A DNA stretch of 64,000 nt from Eledone cirrhosa. Its lineage: Eukaryota. The notes beneath the pieces were generated by a model, which was not told the origin of the DNA, ran no database searches, and worked only from the letters and a program-made list of their open reading frames with translations. The stretch's first letter is position 1, and each line of letters opens with the position of its first letter. The stretch is from assembly GCA_964016885.1 (NCBI GenBank), contig OZ024743.1, positions 149,482,001-149,546,000 of the forward strand, given 5' to 3'. This document shows positions 53,051 through 64,000 of this stretch, piece after piece. The position numbers were made by a program, and so were the translations under genes.

Positions 53051-54394
53051 GTTGGTGCTGAAAAGTTAAAAGAGGAAAAGAGATCACTCACCCTTCGTCT
53101 CCTGGGGACCAGGCCGCACGAGTTTCATGGGGGTGTTGGAGGGGTTGTCTGGATGGGTGGTGGTTTCCGGCGGGGTGGGGACGGAGATGTTTGGTGGGGT
53201 GGGGTCTGGTGGGGTGGGGAGACATTTGAGAAGGACGCGGTTGAGTGGTTTCACGCAGGAATTCCCCACATCCTTCTCAAATGTTTCTTTTAGGGACCTA
53301 TAAGTTTGTATAGGGACCCTAATCAGTTTTAGGTTCAGTTTTTTGCTATTTTTAATAGAGTGGGCGAAAGTTTTCCCTTCGGTTTTCACCGAAGGTTCGT
53401 TCGTGATGGTCTCCATTAGTGTTTTGTTTTCAGTGTTTATGTAAGTGTAAGTGTAATTTTCTTGTGTTGTTTGTTTTTGTCTGTAGTTCTTGTGTGTGCT
53501 TTCGTTTTGTTGTAGGTATTTTGTTTTCAGGGGGTGGGGGTTTTGTTTGTGATGTTTTTGTTGTTTGTGTTGGTGGTTGTATGTTTGTGGTAGTGTAGGA
53601 GTACACGTTGTGGGATCATAGCTATTCGCTCTGGGCTCATTTGCACCAGAACTTCAATGCTAGTCCCATTGAATACATCTCTGGTGGACTTTCCTACTGA
53701 CAGTATTCTGTCTTCATCAAAATTGATGAAGCCGCACAGTATCCACCATATGTTCACCTTTGGTGTGACACTCGTGATTTTGATCTTTTGTGTCCTTTTT
53801 CCCATGTTTGTGGGGAAGAAGGTGTACAGGTTGGATAGAATTGGCGACACAGAGTAATGTTGGGCCGTCAATTGATCCTTCATGAGTACCGAAATACTCC
53901 CAAAAAGTTTGCTTCTTTGAATGAATCCAATATCATTCATTGAATTTTTGAAAACCAGTTCAATTTCTTTCTGTGACAATTGGACTGGTTTTCGGGTAGA
54001 ATTGGAAACTGTCCTAAAAACTATCGTTTTGAGAGCAGTTTCCTTGCGAATTTCTACCGGAGAATTGATGCTGAAAGCAGCATTTTTTTCGAAAGTGACA
54101 TATCTCCTAGCGTCCTTTAAAAGTTGTTCAGCATTTGTTATGTCGAGATATATCAGTTCCTCCTTTTTTTTTAACTGTCTCTGCAAAGGAGATTTTTGGT
54201 TTCTTTGTGGAATTATCCGTGTTGGTGATGTTGTCATTATTGTTGTTATTGTTGTTGTTATTCTTGTTGTCACCGATGTTGATATTATTCGTATTTTCCT
54301 TGGTGTTGTTGTTGTCTTTGATGCTGGTGTTATTGGTGTTGTCTTTATTTTTTTCTTTGTTGTTGTTATCATTGTTGTTTTTATCATCATTATT

Positions 54395-54580
54395 GGTGGA
54401 TTGGCAGTATCGGTAGAGAGTCGGACGCCATGCTTTCCATCATAGTTATGTCCCTTTACGATCTGAGTTCAAATCCCGCCGAGGTTGACTTTGCCTTTCA
54501 TCCTTACGGGGTCGATAAAATAAAGTACCAGTAATGCACTGGGTAATTGCTGGCCTTGTGCCTAAAGTAGAAACAATTAT
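54395..54580 (+). mobile_element. Family B SINE inserted in Tx1 ORF1
   Basis: Full consensus; ATTATTGGTG at 54389-54398 and 54576-54585 is the probable TSD. Confidence 0.9.
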
Positions 54581-54988
54581 TGGTGTTGCTGTTATTTTTG
54601 TTGTCATTGAACTGTTTGGTGTCATTTGTGTTGTTTGGATATGAATTTGTTTTTGCATTTTCATTTCGTCTTTCCATCTCTATAGTATCTAGTGAAGAAG
54701 ACGATGTTGACTGCGAGCTTTGTAGTCTTACTGCCTCTTTACCACCATTATCGTTGGACGCAGCGTTCATAACGTAATCAAACTTTTACAATATTTTTTC
54801 CAAGATTCGATGGAGAAAAAATTTTTCAAACGGATATTTCGCCCCTGTAGGGGCGAAAATGAGTTGACCCACCACCTGAAGGTCCAGACGGGGGGTCAAG
54901 TTACACAATAATATAAAATTTTACTGAAAACTCGCGTTTTTTCTTACATAAATTAACGGAAACTTCTCCGCGAAGTTACACACGTCTA

Positions 54989-55096
<108 letters not shown>

Positions 55097-55169
55097 TAAC
55101 AACAGAAAATGCATACAGTTACATAAGACGAATAGACAGCTGCATCTTTATTTTGTCAGCTGTATATAT

Positions 55170-55520
55170 GCTAAATAAAGCTATTGGGACAAGTAAATCG
55201 CGTAAAGCGAGCGAGACAAGTAAACAAACATAGAAGGATAGCAACGCAAAGATAGGAAAAAACAAGCACATGGGAGTCCGATCAGCTTAAGCTGTGTGGA
55301 TTTCATGAGCGAGAGACAACAGTCCGTCCGACGCGAGTGAGGTGTGAGCAATAAAGGACCCCACTTCAGGCCAAACGGGAGGAAGTGAGAAGGGGAGAAT
55401 GTGGTAAGGAACCAGATGGACCATAATGCACCAGAGTACTCAATACTTACACCCTACCCTCTCTATGATGTATCGCATGAGGTGGAGGTTGTCGTATATG
55501 GACCTGGTCGGGATTGCGCA

Positions 55521-55582
<62 letters not shown>

Positions 55583-56125
55583 AAAAAGTATCACCCCGGC
55601 GGCAGAGCTCAAGCCGTTTCGACGGCTATTTCTGGTCCAGAAATAGCCGTCGAAACGGCTTGAGCTCTGCCGTCGGGGTCATATTTTTTCCTATTTCCCA
55701 CTCTACTACCCTAAGTATTGAGTACTCTGGTGCATTATGGTCCATCTGGTTCCTTACCACATTCTCCCCTTCTCACTTCCTCCCGTTTGGCCTGAAGTGG
55801 GGTCCTTTATTGCTCATACCACACTCGCGTCGGACGGACTGTTGTCTCTCGCTCATGAAATCCACACAGCTTAAGCTGATCGGACTCCCATGTGCTTGTT
55901 TTTTCCTATCTTTGCGTTGCTATCCTTCTATGTTTGTTTACTTGTCTCGCTCGCTTTACGCGATTTACTTGTCCAAATAGCTTTATTTAGCTATCGCTCG
56001 CACCCACTGGAGGTATATGATTTTTAAAGCGATGAAATACCAATGAAGGTTGGGAAATCACTGATGAAGAACTATTTTTATCATATGTAACCCATGTGCA
56101 ACCACGCAGTATTCATTCTTCTCAT

Positions 56126-56130
<5 letters not shown>
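55170..56130. mobile_element. Fold-back Penelope-like terminal structure
   Basis: 280-bp inverted arms (55170-55449 and 55712-55991), a 111-bp palindrome (55581-55691), and homology to the PLE end at 58207 and the repeat end at ~770-880. Confidence 0.7.
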
Positions 56131-56211
<81 letters not shown>

Positions 56212-56687
56212 CTCTATTTATGGGAGTACAAACCAGATTAGAGAAAAACAATATTTTATCTAAAATAGCTTATATAAACACACACAGACACTTAATCAAA
56301 TTTCGGAAAGGCATCGCGTTAGAAATTCCGATGAATTGTGTATATAGTAATGATTATCAGGTCTTCTGCTTATCAGGCCTTCTGACTAACGGGCAACCCT
56401 CATTTCATTTTGGTACTAGACCATCTTTAAATGCTACCTGAGATAAAGTTTTGTCCTTTATTCACTTAAATATCATCAACTTTTAAACAGTAGGTATTAA
56501 ATAAATAACTATAGAGATCAGAATCAATATCCCAAATCGTTAACAGAAGAGAAAAGAATATTAATTACTAAAGTAGACGCAGCATGGCTGAATCGTTAAG
56601 TTCGCTTCGCAATCGTAATATTTGGTTTAAGCCTTGTGGGAGAAATTGGCTGTCCCTGTAATTCAAAGGGCCATCTTTATCAATATA

Positions 56688-57701
56688 CAGGGTGGTCTGA
56701 AAGTCTTGTTACCCCTACATATTGTTTTAACTTTCAATATTTTAGTGGATTGGCAGTATTGGTAGAGGGTCGGACGCCATGCTGTCCAGCATAGTTACGT
56801 CCCTTTACGGTCTGAGTTCAAATCCCGCCGAGGTTAACTTTGCCTTTCATCCTTACGGGGTCGATAAAATAAAGTACCAGTAATGTACTGGGTATTTGCT
56901 GGTCTTGTGCCAAAAGTAGAAACAATTATTTTATATTACTTTGAAAATCATTTAAATTCACTTATTTTTTCCACTCATCCATTTAATCCCTATATCTTCG
57001 TTACTTCAGCTGCGTAACTCTAGGTCAACCTTGATAGAGCAGGCCTTATGGTGAAACTGTGACGTTACATTCAACTTCTACGTTACATTCACTTTCGTCT
57101 AACATTACCACATAACAAAACGTTACATTTATTGCTACTACAATTTAATAACATATTCCTTTTATGCTAACACTGCATATTATTCATTCTGCCTTTCATC
57201 CTTATGGGGTCGATAAAATAAGGGACCAATAATGCACTGGGATATTTGCTGGCCTTGTGCCAAAAGTAGAAACAATTATTTTTGTAATATCATTAATTAT
57301 AATATATAATAATAATTGTTTCTACTTTTGGCACAACGTCAGCCCAGTGTATTACTGGTACTTTATTTTATCGACCCCGTAAGGATGAAAGGCAAAGTTA
57401 ACCTCGGCGGGATTTGAACTCAGAATGCGTCAAAGCATGGCGCCCGACCCTCTACCGATACTGCCAATCCACCTTCGATTTCAAATGGTTGACACGAGCT
57501 CCTACAATTTGGAAGAGAGGCTGCTTGCAAGTGTATGGACACATGATCGTGTGCATTCTGGCAAGAGCATGGAGGATGTGCAACACAACTTCCCTGCAAG
57601 ATTTGACAAACCAGCTCCTCCGAAGAGGACGATACTGCGATGGGAACATAAACTGTTTCTCACATTACTTTTTGGTAGGGGGTGACAAGACGTTCGGACC
57701 A

Positions 57702-57706
<5 letters not shown>
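56688..57706 (+). mobile_element. Non-autonomous Tc1/mariner-superfamily element carrying three family B SINE pieces
   Basis: TIRs CAGGGTGGTCTGAAAGTCTTGTTACCCCTA and TAGGGGGTGACAAGACGTTCGGACCACTCTA with TA flanks; HTH remnant VQHNFPARFDKPAPPKRTILRWEHKLF; SINEs at 56745-56930 (+), 57189-57280 (+) and 57313-57473 (-). Confidence 0.8.
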
Positions 57707-57759
<53 letters not shown>

Positions 57760-58087
57760 ATGAAAAGTATTTACAATCGGTTACGTAGTCCGAAATAGAT
57801 GTATGGCTGTGGGATGAAAAAAAAATCATTAATCGTAACGAAGCGATAGGTTTACATATTCCGAAACACTGCATTACTTTTCTTAGTGCATTGAGGATCA
57901 TATTATCAAATGCGCCCTTCATTTCTTAAGACACTGAGATGTAATTTAAGTGGTGAAATGATCGGTATTTTTAGTACATCGAACAGTCACGTAGAAGGTA
58001 ATTTGTTGAATTGTGTAATTTTATTGTTGTTTATTGTAACATTGCTATTGATATTGATGTTTCATTGTCTGCTGCTTAATTCTTACG

Positions 58088-59009
<922 letters not shown>

Positions 59010-59031
59010 TATATATATATATATATATATA

Positions 59032-59093
<62 letters not shown>

Positions 59094-59218
59094 CAAGTAA
59101 GTATGTTTCTGAAGAAACAGCGAGCGAGTTTGAATTAAAAATAGCTTTCGCCGTATTTTTGAATAAAGAAATTTTAGGCTGATAGCGGCGTTTAGAACCC
59201 TCTAAGAAATGAAAAAAG

Positions 59219-59300
<82 letters not shown>

Positions 59301-59505
59301 AGAGAGAGAGAGAGAGATCGAACCTTGAGCTGATCGGTGGCGAAACGCGCGTCACCAACCAATAAACGTAATGCAGGAGTAACCACTCATCCTTGTTTTA
59401 TTTTATTATACTACACTCTGTCTAACTCTACACCTCGATAGAAGTAAACCTAAACATCGAGTGCTCAGCTGGGTGAACGTACAGTAATTCCACGTTACAC
59501 TCCGT

Positions 59506-59509
<4 letters not shown>

Positions 59510-59552
<43 letters not shown>

Positions 59553-60000
59553 CGTTGTTGTCTGTGTGTGTGTGTGTCCTCATTTTTGCAAAGTCTATAC
59601 AAATCCACATTTCTACTCCGATTGACTTCAAACTTGCATTTATATATTCCTTGCGGTCTAAAGATATTAACTGCAGCTTTTATTTTTCAATTTTCTGTAA
59701 TTAAAGGGGTGTTAGGCGCCGGTTATCGATCTCCGTCGAGCCCTTATAATATTTGTCTGTATGTCTGACTGTCTGCATTACGACATTCTGACGAACACAT
59801 CATTGCTGACGTATTATCTTCGCTACATTCACACGCACACACACACACATAAACACATATATAATTATACATATATATACACACACACACACATATATAT
59901 ATATATACATATATATGTGCATACATATATATATATATACATATGCAAACACATATACAGATATATATATATATATACATATACACAAAAATATATGTAT

Positions 60001-60063
<63 letters not shown>

Positions 60064-60066
60064 CAT

Positions 60067-60147
<81 letters not shown>

Positions 60148-60150
60148 CAT

Positions 60151-60210
<60 letters not shown>

Positions 60211-60877
60211 TGGCTGCCAACTCGTTTCGAGTACGGCCACTACTTTATATCCATGTAGGAGAACCCCTACCGATGCGCTGAACGAGTGTGACTTTTTAGT
60301 CCAGCCAGCGACTTGAAAACTCTGGTACAAACACTACACTTGTGACAATTATTGACACATAATGCTGGGCCCATGGTACCATGTGACGACAAGTGCAGAG
60401 AGATCTCCAGATATAAAGCAATGCCTGTGCCGTGAAGCTTTTATAGTGAGCAAAGGCACTGCACAAAACCAGTCCCACTCTCTTAACCAAGATGATATTT
60501 ACCAAAAAGAAGAACAAGTTAACATCATTGGATACCATCAGGGTTGCAGGTATTATATCAGAGTTTTCCTTCTCCTAGAATTCTGCATTGACAAAGGCTA
60601 AGGGGTCATCTCTCCCGGTGATTTTGGATAGCAATTGTCTCTTAAGAGCTCTTTTGCCCTTTGACAGGTTTTGTTTTTAGTCCTGCAGGATGTCCAAAGT
60701 CACCCCCCTCACCAAGAAACCTTGGTAGGGTTGCCAGTTTAGTCGCCAACGACTCGACCATGGGACAGGTTGTACTGGGATACATGTTACCAGTAGCACC
60801 AACTGGTGACCTCACATACATATATATATATATATATGCATGCATACACACACACACATATATATATATGTGTATCT

Positions 60878-60918
<41 letters not shown>

Positions 60919-61621
60919 AATACATTGTAGGTCGCTTTAACCCGTCTTTTATTATTCAAAAAACTTCTCGCCAATAAACATTAACCCTTTGTGCGCCATT
61001 CATCTAACTGTAGACCAACAAATACCAAGTAAACGGAGCGTTGACACAAACGATGGCGAATGAATCTTCGAGGTAAGCAGCTTCCTCCCGAGCTGTTAGT
61101 TCACGCGGGATTCTCTGCTACACCTTTTCGTAATAATACCGAACAACGTACTGCTGGTCACTCCTTCCTTCAAAAGCTGTACAAAGTAGACATGTGCATC
61201 TGGCAGATGGATCGTGTGCAAATCTACACCAGGCATACGCGAGAAATTCGCAAGGGACTGTACCGAGAGGGATAGAGAGAAAGAGTAACGTAGTGACTAG
61301 AGTGCGAATGAACTTTTGAGGTAAGTAGCCTACGCCTTACTGCTATTGCACTGGAACCTTCTGCCAACTTAACCTGTGACTTTCTCTTTCACATTTACTC
61401 TAAAAGGCCCAAACAGAGGAGTATGAAAAGAAGGGGATCAACAATATTTCTATGAACAATGCACGTAGACAGCTAAACTGTACTTTCAACTTCTTAATTT
61501 TCTCCAAATAAAACAAGTTTCCTGTTGGTATATTTTTAACAGGCACTCACAAATAAACGTTTCTCATTGGAGGTGCTATTACCAATGTTCTTACCCGTGC
61601 AACGCCGGGATACACTGCTAG
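59510..61621 (+). mobile_element. Non-autonomous Helitron-like element
   Basis: 5' (TA)nAAA..TGTCTGTGTGT..CCGATTGACTTCAAACTTG; 3' hairpin CCCGTGCAACGCCGGG (61594-61609) followed by CTAG|T at 61618-61622. That both ends belong to one copy is inferred. Confidence 0.65.
60208..60816 (-). mobile_element. Probable RTE-type 5' UTR fragment between (TA)n tracts
   Basis: Reverse strand GGCGACTAAACTGGCAACCCTACC..CCTGCAGGACTAAAAACAAAACCTG resembles RTE 5' UTRs. Confidence 0.45.
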
Positions 61622-62228
61622 TAGTAATAATAAATGTGAAGACTAAAATCCGAAAATGGCTCGATAAGGATTATCTATATATATAAAATATATGTATATA
61701 AAACCCACAGAGCAAATATTTATTATATGTACAAATTAAAGTTTAAGCAAAGAATCGCTGCTTTCGCCATTTTACGGTTTTTCACGAAACTTCTGTAAAA
61801 GGGTGAAAGCAGCGATTCTTTGCTTAAATGTTAATCTGTACATATAATAAAGATATATATATATATATATAAGTATTGGTGTTCTGAAATAGCGATGCAT
61901 ACATGTATGTATGTATAGTATATTTGGCAATATACTGTATGTTTAATTAAAAACATTTAGAAGACCATTTGCTATGAGTTTCAAAGTAGTGACTATGTCA
62001 CTTACTTATTCTCGGCAAAAACAACAGAGATCGGCCGACAGACAGTCTGTTTCTCGCTTGTGAGCGTTTATCAAGACCGCACACTCAGTTACCTTTGCCG
62101 AGAATGATAGAGGCTGGATTCTTATAGAATTCCAGTAATAATCAGGAGCAGATTAAACAGCGATTGCCGGTCCAGCAATACCTAATATAAATATATAAGA
62201 AACCAAATTAAGCAAGTGGCAAAAATAT

Positions 62229-63986
62229 TCACAAATTTCTATAATATTCCAAATAGGAATTTATCAAATAGCGTTCATTCAATGGCGTGGTTAACAGATC
62301 GTCTGCTAATAAATTTCATTGTTGATATGACAGATGTCAATGCAATGTGTAATATTACAAAGTGAACATAAGTTGACAAGGAGACACTACAATGTTTCAC
62401 GATATGCTTGAAATAGCAGCCATATCTCTCTCATAGTCAAAGTATGGATAGCTGCAGATGGAATGCTTTTCATAATAAGGTCTGCTCTATCAAGGTTTTT
62501 TTTTGTGTGTGTGTAACGAAAATTTAGGGGTAAATGGTTAATTGAGTGGAACAAAGAATGGAATAAAATTGGTTTTCAAAGTAATACAAATTATTTGCTT
62601 GAATAGCTAAAATAATAGCAACTTTATTGTCATGATTAAAAACAAATAGTTCGTAAAATAATAGCAAATGGTGGAATAATAATACTTTTAATTGAATTTG
62701 GGAAAATATATATTTTGCAAAAAAGTAATCTTATATATTAAAACGCATAATAATTTTTTTTTAATTTTCCATAAAAGAAAAAAAGCATTACGACCGTTTG
62801 TTTACTTACTTGGAAATAGATATTTACTGGTGGTGATGTGAGAAAAAAAAGATAACGAAGAGTTCTGTTTATATAGAGTCCAAAATTTAACATTTCGTTT
62901 CTTACATAATGTATTGAAGGCTACATTGGCCACTATGTCATTTATTTCCCAAAACGCTGAGATGTGGTTGATTTAAAGGTTATTTGACTGCTATTTTTAG
63001 TACATGAAATAATCACGTAGAAGCACATTTGTTGACTTACGTAATTGTTTGTATAAGTTCACTCTTCAGAAATAAAGGAAAATTTACTAATCCCTATCTC
63101 TGCTATTGATGTCGTTGATTCAATGTCAAGAGTTAAAATTCCAGGAGGAATTATAACGAATTTATAGTGAACTGTTGTGACTAAGATTTTCTATTTACTT
63201 AATTCATTGTATTTTTGAAAAAATTCATATTATAGAAACATTATCCGTGAAAACTTTTGATGTGCAGACATTATTTCATGTTTCCGATTCACATTCGAAC
63301 CTTTTAATTTCTCTTAATGGTGTTCTTTGTCAAGGTAGGGATTACATATTCATCGCTTCGCTCTATTTATCTTTAGCTTCATACTTATATAACAATTATA
63401 CATATATTTTAAATATTCCACTTAGCAAACAAATGTCAGTGACTAATAGTAACCAATACCGTATCAAATACGTAAAACCAAGTAATTTTATTTATGGAAT
63501 ATACAAAACTAACAACTTTTCACCACATTGTTTATCTGATTTAATCAATTTTCTTGTTGATTTTCTTTTTTTCAACAAGTGGACTACATCTAGCAACTGG
63601 TTTGCTAACGGTTTCATTAAAATTAATAAAGTATTAACGCTCGTGAAAAAATACAATTAAATTTTTGAAAAAAATACCCATAAAAGGGATAAATTCTTAA
63701 CAAATTTCTACGATATTCGAAATAGGAATTTATCGAATACGTTCGTTGAATGACGTGGTAAACAGATCGTCTGCTAATAAATTTCATTGTTTATATGACA
63801 TGAAATAACACAGATATCAATGTGTAATATTACAAACTTGAACGCGAGTCAACGAGGAGGCCACTATAATGTTTCTCGGCCTTCTTGAAATAGCAGTCAA
63901 ATTGCCTTCATATTATAGTCTGTCTAAAAAGAAAATGAAAATATGGATGGTCACAGTTTCACCATAAGGCCTGCTCTATCAAGGTT
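62229..63986 (+). repeat. Diverged direct duplication (~62229-62495 and ~63699-63986)
   Basis: Shared ACAAATTTCTA..AATAGGAATTTATC..ACAGATCGTCTGCTAATAAATTTCATTGTT..CTGCTCTATCAAGGTT. Confidence 0.85.
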
Positions 63987-64000
63987 GACATAGAGTTACG

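Larger units (their letters stand above)
49390..54988 (-). mobile_element. Near full-length L1/Tx1-clade LINE, disrupted
   Basis: ORF1-like region 53084-54780. ORF2: EN (VGCVNVRG, AAYAP, VGDWN, YLDR, SDH), RT (NFRPITLLN, LDQCKAFDRVDH, AYADD, KLLGVWF, GGLG), C-terminal TVAHAFIHCP. Confidence 0.92.

Noticed and set aside
55670-55681. CGTCGGGGTCA identical to the tRNA-Trp 3' end
   Set aside because: Only 11 nt, with no cloverleaf or CCA; likely chance.

Overview
This is AT-rich animal (eukaryotic) genomic DNA with no prokaryotic features. Its repeat landscape strongly resembles an octopus or other coleoid cephalopod; that assignment is an inference. The window is almost entirely (TA)n/(CA)n/(GA)n/(GATA)n microsatellites and nested transposable elements: several RTE-clade LINEs with (CAT)n tails, tRNA-derived SINEs, Penelope-like elements (two with foldable minimal hammerhead ribozymes), an L1/Tx1 element, a CRE-like remnant, a decayed Gypsy LTR element with a tRNA-Trp PBS, mariner and Tigger remnants, and a Helitron. 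No host gene is identified with confidence; one candidate exon lies at ~42.2-42.55 kb (minus strand). The most notable structure is a young RTE LINE whose ORF is intact but split into two opposite-strand halves sharing a 70-bp duplication, the geometry expected from twin priming (26.4-30.9 kb). Also notable are TA-microsatellite-embedded tandem and fold-back Penelope-like ends with conserved RNA motifs, and several short templated copies of nearby sequence. All alignments and folds were done by eye, so coordinates of decayed elements are approximate.
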